The position numbers and the translations under genes were made by a program. Below are positions 7,945 through 16,082 of a stretch of DNA of 20,193 nucleotides, one piece after another. The DNA is from a virus. Under the pieces are notes generated by a model. That model worked only from the letters and a program-made list of their open reading frames with translations. It searched no databases and was not told the origin of the DNA. Every line of letters begins with the position of its first letter. Position 1 is the first letter of the stretch. The stretch is from UHGV virus genome UHGV-0040698; one strand, 5' to 3'.

Positions 7945-8034
7945 ACAATATGTACCTCCGGTGTACATATTACATGATTGAAATGAACCTTCAAGATACT
8001 TGTACCTTAACGGTACAAGGGTTTTAATTTCGTT
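7945..8034. promoter_or_regulatory. Immunity-region intergenic: two palindromic operators and divergent promoters
   Basis: ATGTAC-N7-GTACAT at 7950-7968 and perfect CTTGTACC-N5-GGTACAAG at 7999-8019; minus-strand promoter TTGAAG-N16-TAATAT for the cro-like gene overlaps the first operator. Confidence 0.6.
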
Positions 8035-8709
8035 ATGAAAACAATCCATGACATCCGGCGGTCTAACGCCAGAAAACTGAGAGATGGTGTTGGCGGGAAT
8101 TCTTCCTTTGCCACTATGATTGATCGCGAGCCAACCCAGACCAGCAGGTTTATGGGAGATGGTGCTACTAAAAATATCGGTGACAGCATGGCACGACACA
8201 TCGAAAAATGTTTCGACCTGCCTGTCGGATGGCTCGATCAAGAACACCAGACAACGAACATCACAAAAAAACCTGATGTTTCAATCACTAATAAACAAAT
8301 CACATTAGTCCCTGTCATATCATGGGTACAGGCCGGAGCATGGAAAGAAGTTGGATATTCTGAGGTTGATTTGAGCACAGCAGAAACGTATCCCTGCCCT
8401 GTACCCTGTGGGGAAATGACTTATATCTTGCGGGTGATAGGTGATTCAATGATTGATGAGTACCGCCCGGGAGACATGATTTTTGTCGATCCTGAAGTAC
8501 CTGCCTGCCACGGTGACGACGTTATTGCATTGATGCACGATACAGGCGAAACCACCTTCAAAAGGTTGATAGAAGATGGGACACAGCGTTATCTCAAAGC
8601 GTTAAACCCAAACTGGCCTGAGCCTTACATTAAGATCAACGGTAATTGCTCTATAATTGGTACAGTGATTTTCTCAGGAAAACCAAGAAGATACAAAATC
8701 AAAGCCTAA
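8035..8709 (+). CDS. cI-like prophage repressor with S24 (LexA-type) autopeptidase domain
   Basis: C-terminal GDSM...FKRL Ser/Lys dyad spacing typical of S24 peptidases; N-terminal CI-type DNA-binding region; divergent from the cro-like gene. Confidence 0.85.
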   Translation: MKTIHDIRRSNARKLRDGVGGNSSFATMIDREPTQTSRFMGDGATKNIGDSMARHIEKCFDLPVGWLDQEHQTTNITKKPDVSITNKQITLVPVISWVQAGAWKEVGYSEVDLSTAETYPCPVPCGEMTYILRVIGDSMIDEYRPGDMIFVDPEVPACHGDDVIALMHDTGETTFKRLIEDGTQRYLKALNPNWPEPYIKINGNCSIIGTVIFSGKPRRYKIKA

Positions 8710-8718
8710 TCAATGTTT

Positions 8719-8745
8719 ATGAACCTGCTTCGGCAGGTTTTTTTA
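8719..8745 (+). terminator. Rho-independent terminator after the repressor gene
   Basis: GAACCTGC-TTCG-GCAGGTT stem with UUCG tetraloop followed by a 7-T run, 10 nt after the cI-like stop. Confidence 0.7.
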
Positions 8746-8747
8746 TA

Positions 8748-8780
8748 CTTGACAATGTACCTTTGGGATACATAATGTAC
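8748..8780 (+). promoter_or_regulatory. Sigma70-like promoter with embedded ATGTACC operator half-sites
   Basis: TTGACA (8748-8753), 16-nt spacer, CATAAT (8770-8775); ATGTACC occurs in the spacer and over the -10, the same half-site as the cI/cro operators. Confidence 0.6.
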
Positions 8781-8902
8781 CCAAGCGAAACAACGAACAG
8801 GCAGGACGCCCACGAAGTAGCCGCCTGGGGCATATGAAGTCCAGGATGATTCGTTGAGTCATGTTGTGCCACTAGGCACTCATGTTAAAGCAGGTGTATG
8901 AA

Positions 8903-9178
8903 ATGAAAGTCCAGATTTTAAACAATAACTGTGAAGTCGTTTGGTCATACGACATAGCCGCCCCTGTAGATCAGAGCGGCGATAGCTGGACCAATGGGAA
9001 ACATCAGATTATGGCTGGAGTTGTGTTCTCTTTACGCCGTGCTTTGGAACAGGCTGAAGTATTTCCATCAGACCCTGAATGGAAATGGCCTTTTTCTATT
9101 TGTCCAAATTCGGAGAGCACATTTCAGAAAATTGGTCAGAAAGTCGCACTCGAAGAGCATCAGCCAACTGTTTCCTGA
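8903..9178 (+). CDS. Hypothetical small protein (91 aa)
   Basis: AGGTG 8 nt before ATG 8903; first ORF after the repressor-controlled promoter; overlaps the convergent ORF 9096-9341 by 83 nt so one of the two may be spurious. Confidence 0.35.
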   Translation: MKVQILNNNCEVVWSYDIAAPVDQSGDSWTNGKHQIMAGVVFSLRRALEQAEVFPSDPEWKWPFSICPNSESTFQKIGQKVALEEHQPTVS

Positions 9179-9341
9179 TTTTTTCAGGTAACTCGTCGGC
9201 ATCGCAGAAACAACAACGCTCGATCATGTTGAAAGCCGATTCGTAGAACTGTTTCTGCTGAGTGTCGCTGAGACAGGAAAAGAGCGACGTTACGATGATT
9301 TTATTAATTGCATTATCAAGTTCTTTTTCATCAAAAGTCAT
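9096..9341 (-). CDS. Hypothetical small protein (81 aa)
   Basis: AAGGAA SD 7 nt before ATG 9341; helical charged product; antisense to the plus-strand operon. Confidence 0.4.
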   Translation of the reverse strand: MTFDEKELDNAINKIIVTSLFSCLSDTQQKQFYESAFNMIERCCFCDADELPEKIRKQLADALRVRLSDQFSEMCSPNLDK

Positions 9342-9577
9342 TTGATTTTCCTTTTATGTATACGGGCTTAAAAGGATACCACCGAGCCTGAAGTGGTGAA
9401 AAGACAGGCACATAACAGCTAAGTATTTTCAACCAAAGAGAATCCTTAGCGTTGTGGTGAATGCGGCTCAGCGCACGCGGGTTAAGGTTGAGGCTGACAG
9501 TCGACCTTCTGTGGATACCCACCCGTCTGGTGTGCAACCTTCGCCAGGCACCGGGAGGCACCCGGCACCACAACTTT

Positions 9578-9642
9578 ATGCTGTGTGTAGTCCTGGCGGT
9601 ACCAGTTTGTACCCTTGCTTCCGGCTGGTACCGTCCTTTTTA
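9578..9642 (+). ncRNA. DicF-like small RNA candidate with intrinsic terminator
   Basis: CUGGCGGUACCAGUUUGUACCC...CCUUUUU resembles the Qin-prophage DicF core UGGCGGUAUCAGUUUUACUCC...GCCCUUUUU as I recall it; terminal stem CGGUACCAG/CUGGUACCG differs from DicF GGCGG/CCGCC by compensatory changes; sits in a ~440-bp GC-rich noncoding stretch. Confidence 0.45.
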
Positions 9643-9778
9643 CAAAACAGAGAAGAGCATCACCGGACGACGGGCTCATAACCCAATCCATCCGGGCGGC
9701 TGCTACCGCAGGTGTTCTTCTCTGTTTTGTGGAGAAACTAATCGGCCTTGCAGGGTCGATATGATGAGGAGCAGCAAA

Positions 9779-10141
9779 ATGGCTAGCGAACGCAGTACTG
9801 ATGTGCAGGCATTTATCGGGGAGCTGGACGGCGGCGTATTTGAAACCAAAATCGGCGCAGTTCTCAGTGAAGTCGCTTCCGGTGTGATGAACACGAAAAC
9901 CAAAGGTAAGGTCTCACTCAACCTGGAAATCGAACCATTTGATGAGAACCGTGTGAAAATCAAACACAAACTCTCATATGTTCGCCCGACTAACCGCGGG
10001 AAAATTTCCGAAGAAGACACCACCGAAACGCCGATGTATGTCAATCGCGGTGGTCGCCTGACTATTCTGCAGGAAGACCAGGGACAATTACTGACTCTTG
10101 CCGGTGAACCTGACGGAAAACTCCGCGCAGCAGGTCATTAA
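9779..10141 (+). CDS. Hypothetical protein, YfdP-like (120 aa)
   Basis: GAGGAG SD 7 nt before ATG 9779; the track's longer 226-aa ORF is an unsupported upstream extension; first of five genes whose sizes and order match CPS-53 yfdP-T. Confidence 0.6.
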   Translation: MASERSTDVQAFIGELDGGVFETKIGAVLSEVASGVMNTKTKGKVSLNLEIEPFDENRVKIKHKLSYVRPTNRGKISEEDTTETPMYVNRGGRLTILQEDQGQLLTLAGEPDGKLRAAGH

Positions 10142-10206
10142 TATCGTTCTTAATTAACTGATTATTTATCTCATCACTGAATATCTTTATATAGTGAGGA
10201 CTTATT

Positions 10207-11031
10207 ATGTCTCAGAACTTAGACGCAACCGCAATTAATCAAATCCATGCCCTTATTTCTGCTCAGGGTGTTAATGAAATTATCAGTAAGATTGGTGCCG
10301 ATGCTGTGGCATTGCCTGAGAATTTCCGCATTCATGATCTGGAAAAATTTAATTTAAATCGCTTCCGTTTCCGTGGTGCGCTTTCCACTGCCAGCATCGA
10401 TGACTTTACCCGTTATTCTAAAGATCTTGCAGATGAAGGCACCCGCTGCTTTATCGATGCTGATAATATGCGTGCCGTCAGTGTGCTTAACCTGGGTACT
10501 ATTGATGAACCAGGTCACGCAGATAACACCGCCACTCTCAAACTGAAAAAGACAGCACCGTTCTCTGCTCTGTTGTCTGTTAATGGCGAGCGTAACTCCC
10601 AGAAATCACTGGCAGAATGGATTGAAGACTGGGCCGACTACCTTGTGGGCTTTGATGCTAATGGTGACACCATTCAGGCAACAAAAGCGGCTGCGGCGGT
10701 CCGTAAAATCACGATTGAAGCAAACCAGACCGCTGATTTTGAAGATAATGACTTCAGCGGCAAACGCTCCCTGATGGAGTCTGTCGAAGCGAAGACCAAA
10801 GACATTATGCCAGTGGCATTTGAATTTAAATGCATTCCGTTTGAAGGTCTGAAAGAACGTCCGTTTAAATTACGCCTCAGCATTATCACTGGCGATCGTC
10901 CGGTACTGGTTCTGCGCATTATTCAGCTGGAGGCGGTGCAGGAAGAAATGGCTAACGAATTTCGTGATCTGCTTGTTGAGAAATTCAAGGACAGCAAAGT
11001 AGAAACCTTTATTGGTACTTTCACCGCCTGA
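10207..11031 (+). CDS. yfdQ: YfdQ-like prophage protein (274 aa)
   Basis: GAGGA SD; 274 aa, and the following genes of 178, 120 and 101 aa reproduce the K-12 CPS-53 yfdQ-R-S-T sizes and order; no sequence comparison possible here. Confidence 0.6.
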   Translation: MSQNLDATAINQIHALISAQGVNEIISKIGADAVALPENFRIHDLEKFNLNRFRFRGALSTASIDDFTRYSKDLADEGTRCFIDADNMRAVSVLNLGTIDEPGHADNTATLKLKKTAPFSALLSVNGERNSQKSLAEWIEDWADYLVGFDANGDTIQATKAAAAVRKITIEANQTADFEDNDFSGKRSLMESVEAKTKDIMPVAFEFKCIPFEGLKERPFKLRLSIITGDRPVLVLRIIQLEAVQEEMANEFRDLLVEKFKDSKVETFIGTFTA

Positions 11032-11158
11032 TTTCATTACTGCAAATGCCCCTGCGGGGGCATTTATGGAAACGTAATTTACTCAATAATCGCCGGATGG
11101 TGAGGGATTCTTTTTACCAGAATTCAGCGCGGTGCAGCGCATATACGTGGAGAACAAA

Positions 11159-11695
11159 ATGTCATTTATTAAAACTTTTTCCGGGAAGCATTTTTATTAT
11201 GACAGGATAAATAAAGACGACATCGATATTAACGATATCGCGGTTTCCCTTTCAAATATCTGTCGCTTTGCCGGTCATCTTTCGCACTTCTACAGCGTCG
11301 CCCAACATGCGGTTCTTTGCAGCCAGCTGGTGCCGCAGGAATTTGCTTTTGAAGCGTTAATGCATGATGCAACAGAAGCGTATTGCCAGGACATTCCCGC
11401 ACCACTGAAACGCCTTCTTCCTGACTATAAACAAATGGAAGAAAAAATAGACTCCGTAATCCGTGAGAAATACGGATTACCCCCAGTTATGAGTACGCCC
11501 GTGAAATATGCCGATCTCATCATGCTGGCAACCGAACGCCGCGATCTCGGGCTTGATGATGGCTCTTTCTGGCCTGTACTGGAAGGTATCCCGGCAACAG
11601 AGATGTTCAACGTGATTCCACTGGCACCGGGCCATGCCTACGGGATGTTTATGGAACGCTTTAACGAGTTATCGGAGTTACGCAAATGCGCATGA
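11159..11695 (+). CDS. yfdR: HD-domain phosphohydrolase, YfdR-like (178 aa)
   Basis: H...HD...D metal-binding pattern (AGHLSHF...MHDATEAY); GGAGAA SD before ATG 11159 (track start 11132 adds 9 residues). Confidence 0.7.
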   Translation: MSFIKTFSGKHFYYDRINKDDIDINDIAVSLSNICRFAGHLSHFYSVAQHAVLCSQLVPQEFAFEALMHDATEAYCQDIPAPLKRLLPDYKQMEEKIDSVIREKYGLPPVMSTPVKYADLIMLATERRDLGLDDGSFWPVLEGIPATEMFNVIPLAPGHAYGMFMERFNELSELRKCA

Positions 11696-12048
11696 ATGTT
11701 TTCGAAATGGAAGGGTTTCTTCGTGGGAGATGTGTACCGCGAGATCTGAAAGTAAATGAAACAGATGCTGAATACCTGGTGCGTAAATTCGATGCGCTTG
11801 AAGCTAAATGTGCAGCACAGGAAAACAAAGTAATACCAGTGTCAACTGAACTGCCACCAGCAAATGAAAGTGTTTTGTTATTCGATGCTAACGGAGAAGG
11901 CTGGCTAATTGGTTGGCGTTCTCTCTGGTACACCTGGGGACAAAAAGAAACCGGAGAATGGCAGTGGACATTTCAGGTCGGGGACCTTGAAAACGTCAAT
12001 ATCACTCACTGGGCAGTAATGCCAAAAGCACCGGAGGCTGGAGCATAA
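11686..12048 (+). CDS. yfdS: YfdS-like protein (120 aa)
   Basis: GGAG SD; start overlaps the upstream stop; size and position match yfdS. Confidence 0.6.
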   Translation: MRMNVFEMEGFLRGRCVPRDLKVNETDAEYLVRKFDALEAKCAAQENKVIPVSTELPPANESVLLFDANGEGWLIGWRSLWYTWGQKETGEWQWTFQVGDLENVNITHWAVMPKAPEAGA

Positions 12049-12353
12049 TGACCACTTTTACCGACAAAGAACTGATTAAAGAAATTAAAGAGCGTATCAG
12101 CAGCCTTGACGTGCGAGACGATATTGAGCGCCGTGCTTATGAAATCGCACTCCTATCTCTGGAAGTAGAACCAGATGAACGCGAAGCTTATGAATTATTC
12201 ATGGAAAAGCGTTTCGGTGACTTAGTAGATCGTCGGAGAGCAAAAAACGGCAATAACGAATACATGGCATGGGATATGACTCTCGGTTGGATCGTCTGGC
12301 AGCAACGAGCTGGTATCCATTTTTCAACAATGTCACAGCAAGAGGTGAAATAA
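12048..12353 (+). CDS. yfdT: YfdT-like protein (101 aa)
   Basis: TAATG overlap with the upstream stop, GGAGG SD; size and position match yfdT. Confidence 0.6.
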   Translation: MTTFTDKELIKEIKERISSLDVRDDIERRAYEIALLSLEVEPDEREAYELFMEKRFGDLVDRRRAKNGNNEYMAWDMTLGWIVWQQRAGIHFSTMSQQEVK

Positions 12354-12703
12354 TGGAGCCATACAGCCTCACACTCGATGAGGCCTGTCATTTTCTCAAG
12401 ATATCCAGACCGACTGCCATTAACTGGATACGCACAGGGCGTCTTCAGGCAACACGCAAAGATCCCACTAAGAATAAATCTCCTTACCTCACAACACGAC
12501 AAGCCTGCATTGCGGCTCTTCAGTCTCCGCTGCATACTGTCCAGGTGAGTGCGGGTGATGGCATAACAGAGGAAAGAAAATGTCACTCTTCCGCAGAGGT
12601 GAAATATGGTACGCCAGTTTCACATTGCCGAACGGTAAAAGATTTAAACAGTCTCTTGGAACAAAGGACAAAAGGCAGGCGACAGAACTCCATGACAAGC
12701 TAA
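12353..12703 (+). CDS. Excisionase-like (AlpA/Xis-type HTH) protein
   Basis: [28 protein letters not shown] helix-turn-helix of excisionase type; TAATG coupling to the upstream gene; 3' end overlaps the integrase start by 124 nt, so the true C-terminus is uncertain. Confidence 0.5.
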   Translation: MEPYSLTLDEACHFLKISRPTAINWIRTGRLQATRKDPTKNKSPYLTTRQACIAALQSPLHTVQVSAGDGITEERKCHSSAEVKYGTPVSHCRTVKDLNSLLEQRTKGRRQNSMTS

Positions 12704-13743
12704 AGGCTGAAGCATGGCGGGTCAGCAAACTTGGTGAAATACCTGATATAACGTTCGAGGAAGCGTGTGTCAGGTGGCTTGAAGAGAAAGCACATAAAAA
12801 ATCACTGGACGATGACAAAAGCCGGATCGGATTCTGGCTTCAACATTTCGCAGGAATGCAACTAAGAGACATTACTGAATCAAAAATTTATTCAGCAATG
12901 CAGAAAATGACGAACCGGCGTCATGAGGAAAACTGGAGACTCAGGGCAGAAGCATGCAGAAAAAAAGGGAAACCTGTTCCAGAATACACGCCAAAACCAG
13001 CGTCCGTTGCAACGAAGGCTACGCATCTTTCATTTATAAAGGCCCTACTAAGAGCCGCAGAGCGTGAATGGAAAATGCTGGATAAGGCACCAATTATTAA
13101 AGTGCCTCAACCAAAGAATAAACGGATCCGCTGGCTGGAGCCCCATGAAGCACAAAGGCTGATTGATGAATGTCCGGAGCCATTAAAGTCTGTTGTTGAA
13201 TTTGCACTGGCAACAGGCTTAAGACGCTCGAACATCATCAACCTTGAATGGCAACAAATAGACATGCAGCGCCGGGTGGCATGGATAAACCCGGAAGAGA
13301 GTAAATCAAACCGCGCAATTGGCGTTGCGCTGAATGATACTGCATGTCGCGTTTTGAAAAAACAAATCGGGAATCATCACCGTTGGGTATTTGTGTACAA
13401 GGAAAGCTGTACCAAACCAGACGGAACGAAAGCGCCAACAGTAAGGAAGATGCGGTATGACGCAAACACAGCCTGGAAAGCGGCGCTGAGACGGGCTGGT
13501 ATTGATGATTTCAGATTTCACGACTTGAGACACACCTGGGCAAGTTGGCTGGTTCAAGCCGGAGTCCCGTTGTCAGTGTTACAGGAAATGGGAGGCTGGG
13601 AGTCTATCGAAATGGTTCGTCGATATGCTCACCTTGCACCTAATCACCTTACCGAACACGCACGGCAAATAGACTCGATCCTGAACCCATCGGTCCCAAA
13701 TTTGTCCCAGTCAAAAAATAAGGAAAGTACTAATGATGTGTAA
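12580..13743 (+). CDS. Lambda-family tyrosine integrase (Rac IntR-like)
   Basis: N-terminal [14 protein letters not shown] arm-binding region; catalytic R (LATGLRRSN), HxxR ([10 protein letters not shown]) and Y (VRRYAHL); GAGGAA SD; transcribed toward the tRNA-derived att core. Confidence 0.9.
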   Translation: MSLFRRGEIWYASFTLPNGKRFKQSLGTKDKRQATELHDKLKAEAWRVSKLGEIPDITFEEACVRWLEEKAHKKSLDDDKSRIGFWLQHFAGMQLRDITESKIYSAMQKMTNRRHEENWRLRAEACRKKGKPVPEYTPKPASVATKATHLSFIKALLRAAEREWKMLDKAPIIKVPQPKNKRIRWLEPHEAQRLIDECPEPLKSVVEFALATGLRRSNIINLEWQQIDMQRRVAWINPEESKSNRAIGVALNDTACRVLKKQIGNHHRWVFVYKESCTKPDGTKAPTVRKMRYDANTAWKAALRRAGIDDFRFHDLRHTWASWLVQAGVPLSVLQEMGGWESIEMVRRYAHLAPNHLTEHARQIDSILNPSVPNLSQSKNKESTNDV

Positions 13744-13757
13744 CTTATTGATTTAAA

Positions 13758-13806
13758 TGGTGCCGATAATAGGAGTCGAACCTACGACCTTCGCATTACG
13801 AATGCG
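13758..13806 (-). other. Partial tRNA-Thr(CGU) (thrW) 3' end, 49 nt: attachment-site core
   Basis: Minus strand reads CGCATTCGTAATGCGAAGGTCGTAGGTTCGACTCCTATTATCGGCACCA = anticodon loop (CGT), T-arm and acceptor 3' strand of E. coli thrW; the 5' half of the tRNA is absent. Confidence 0.75.
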
Positions 13807-13894
13807 TAAATTGATCTTGTAAAATCAATACCTATCGAATTTAAATGGATTTTTTGCCACAATATTGCCACAGTTCGTTAGGAATCAGACAGAA

Positions 13895-14968
13895 ATGGCG
13901 ACTATACGCAAACGTGGTAACTACCAATGGGAAGCTCAAATCCGTAAACGAGGTTTTCCCTCTCAAACCAAAACCTTTAACACCAAAGTAGAAGCAGAAG
14001 CTTGGGCCAAAATGATCGAGTCAGAAATGGCGAGAGGAGTTTGGCTTAGCCGCAGCGAAGCGGAATCTACGACATTGTATGAAGCCCTAACGCGATATGA
14101 AAAAGAGATTGTTCCCGACAAAAAAGGGGCAGTGCAAGACCAATCATTGGTGCGGATACTAAAAGGCACTCAGCTGGCGAAAAACTATATGGCCAGCATC
14201 AGGAGTGCCGATGTCGCCAAGCTGAGAGATGAATGGTTGAAAATCTATGCCCCTGCAACCGTTTTAAGGCGTTTGGCCTTACTTTCTCATGTATTCAACG
14301 TTTCGCGGAAAGAATGGGGCATGGAGAGCCTGCTGAACCCCGTAGAGGCCATTCGCAAACCTCAACCCAAGAACTCCAGGACCAGACGCCTGGAAGCGCT
14401 GCCTGTAGTTTCTGAGAAAACCGGTGTTACGTCAGGAAAGGAAATAGCCAACGAGATCGAACATATCATCGCCGCAACACATTCATTAGTATTGCCAGCA
14501 ATCATTCTTCTGGCGTTAGAGACAGCCATGCGCCGTAGCGAAATCGCAGATCTTCGATGGCGCTTTATCGATCTTGATCGGCGAGTTGCACATCTGCCGG
14601 ATACTAAGAATGGTAATGCCCGCGATGTCCCTTTATCAACGAAAGCCATCACGATACTGTCCAGTCTCAAGGAACATTCTAAGCCAGCTGCTGATAAGGT
14701 TTTTGATATGCGTGCAGACGCGATTACCCGAGCTTTTGACCGAGCTGTAAAACGAGCCAGAGAACGATACGAGAAAACAAACTCATTATGTGATGAATCA
14801 TTCCTTAAAGATTTAAGATTTCATGACCTTCGACATGAAGCAACTTCTCGACTTGCTGAAATTTTCCCTATGCATGAACTGACCAAAATTACAGGACATA
14901 AAGATCCAAGAATGCTAATGCGGTATTATCATCCAAAAGCTGAAGATTTGGCGTTAAAGTTGAAATAA
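13895..14968 (+). CDS. Tyrosine recombinase / integrase of the second island
   Basis: Catalytic R (ETAMRRSE), HxxR (FHDLRHEATS) and Y (LMRYYH); ATG at 13895 (the track start 13865 is a TTG). Confidence 0.85.
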   Translation: MATIRKRGNYQWEAQIRKRGFPSQTKTFNTKVEAEAWAKMIESEMARGVWLSRSEAESTTLYEALTRYEKEIVPDKKGAVQDQSLVRILKGTQLAKNYMASIRSADVAKLRDEWLKIYAPATVLRRLALLSHVFNVSRKEWGMESLLNPVEAIRKPQPKNSRTRRLEALPVVSEKTGVTSGKEIANEIEHIIAATHSLVLPAIILLALETAMRRSEIADLRWRFIDLDRRVAHLPDTKNGNARDVPLSTKAITILSSLKEHSKPAADKVFDMRADAITRAFDRAVKRARERYEKTNSLCDESFLKDLRFHDLRHEATSRLAEIFPMHELTKITGHKDPRMLMRYYHPKAEDLALKLK

Positions 14969-14977
14969 GGACGTTAT

Positions 14978-15868
14978 ATGGAATATAAAAATAATTTGGT
15001 TGACGCATCATCCAAATTAAACAACCCTCAACTATTGGCTATAATATACTTAATACCTTTTGGATACTTGATTGTAGAAAACCCATTATGGCTAGAAAAT
15101 ATATACATTGCCGCTCCAATTTTTCTATCATCTATAGCTTTATTAACCAGTGTATACATAGGATATCGTGATTTATTAAATAAAGTATTTAATAATACAG
15201 TGGTTAAGTGGGGCGTAACTGGCTTTACATATTCAGTATGCTTATGGATCGCAAAGTTTAAGCTTGACATAGCTTATGGTATAGCCCCAGAAAATCTTAA
15301 TTACTCAACATTAGCTTATGCTTTCATGCTCTCATTTCCAATAGGAGCAATGATTTGTGCAACTACAGTCTATATATACATATTTTTGCGAGATGTATCC
15401 CCAGCAAAAATAGTAATATCCTCTATGATTTCAGTATATATTGGAAACTTGGCTCAACATCATATACAAGTGAACAATCTTCCTGAAAAAATAATATTAA
15501 TAGGACTCATAATTATGGTCCCCTATAACATGGTCAATCTAGCCAGTTCATTAGTTATTAAAAGGAAATTTAATTTTAATCGTTTAGTATCAGGCTTATC
15601 CCTTTTTGCTGTGTCAGTTGCTCTTTTTATTATTAGCATGACAGCAATGAAATATATTGAAAGATTTCAAGAAAAGTTTATTTTTCTTGATGCAAGAACA
15701 TCTACGACATGTGGTAGCGCAGAAAGCAAATCTCTTTATATTGAAAAAAATGAAAATCAGTGTTATAAAATATCAGGAAATAAATTCTCGGAGTTAAGAC
15801 TAACTCTTGTAGATAAAAACATCCCGAATATAAATAATAAGGGCACTTCAACTTATGAACAAAAATAA
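14978..15868 (+). CDS. Polytopic membrane protein of unknown function (296 aa)
   Basis: AGGA SD 8 nt before ATG, 9 nt after the integrase stop; multiple hydrophobic segments; strongly AT-rich. Confidence 0.65.
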   Translation: MEYKNNLVDASSKLNNPQLLAIIYLIPFGYLIVENPLWLENIYIAAPIFLSSIALLTSVYIGYRDLLNKVFNNTVVKWGVTGFTYSVCLWIAKFKLDIAYGIAPENLNYSTLAYAFMLSFPIGAMICATTVYIYIFLRDVSPAKIVISSMISVYIGNLAQHHIQVNNLPEKIILIGLIIMVPYNMVNLASSLVIKRKFNFNRLVSGLSLFAVSVALFIISMTAMKYIERFQEKFIFLDARTSTTCGSAESKSLYIEKNENQCYKISGNKFSELRLTLVDKNIPNINNKGTSTYEQK

Positions 15869-16082
15869 CCCTGCTAATTCATTTTCTATAGAAGCAAGGA
15901 AAGAAGCTTTTCGGAGAGCTGAAGCCAGTCTTTTTTTATCAAGTAAAGATCCCAAAGGCTCCTCATTTTTTAATGAAATAAAAAATAAGGTAATCAATGG
16001 AGAGCTAACCTATGAAGAGGCAAAGAGAGAAGTGTTAAATCATCACATTGAACAATCTAAAAATAAAATTAAAAAAGGCTAA
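15855..16082 (+). CDS. Small charged protein (75 aa), unknown function
   Basis: ATG overlaps the end of the membrane-protein gene by 14 nt; weak SD. Confidence 0.45.
   Translation: MNKNNPANSFSIEARKEAFRRAEASLFLSSKDPKGSSFFNEIKNKVINGELTYEEAKREVLNHHIEQSKNKIKKG

Larger units (their letters stand above)
1..13806. mobile_element. Lambdoid prophage, regulatory/replication/nin/Q region plus xis-int arm (left boundary outside window; right boundary at thrW-derived att core)
   Basis: Contiguous phage gene families in lambdoid order (Q, RusA, replication initiator, cII-like, cro-like, cI-like S24 repressor, xis, tyrosine integrase) ending at a tRNA-Thr 3' fragment; no lysis or structural genes present in window. 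Confidence 0.6.

Noticed and set aside
7744-8247. 167-aa long version of the cro-like ORF
   Set aside because: The extension runs through the operator/promoter region and into the cI-like gene; an SD precedes the internal ATG at 7944.
9461-10141. 226-aa long version of the YfdP-like ORF
   Set aside because: The N-terminal 106 residues are Arg/Cys/Pro-rich translation of the GC-rich structured RNA region; only the ATG at 9779 has an SD.
12188-12586. 132-aa minus-strand ORF across the yfdT-like and xis-like genes
   Set aside because: Antisense to two coupled plus-strand genes; Cys-rich shadow frame.
13758-13806. A complete tRNA gene
   Set aside because: Only the 3' 49 nt of tRNA-Thr are present; upstream sequence does not encode the D-arm or 5' acceptor strand.
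13865-13894. TTG start extension of the second integrase
   Set aside because: TTG overlaps the TTGCCACA direct repeats; the ATG at 13895 gives the conventional N-terminus.
15855-16082. VbhA/Fic-type antitoxin call for the 75-aa protein
   Set aside because: It lacks the inhibitory (S/T)xxxE(G/N) motif and no Fic-domain partner is adjacent.
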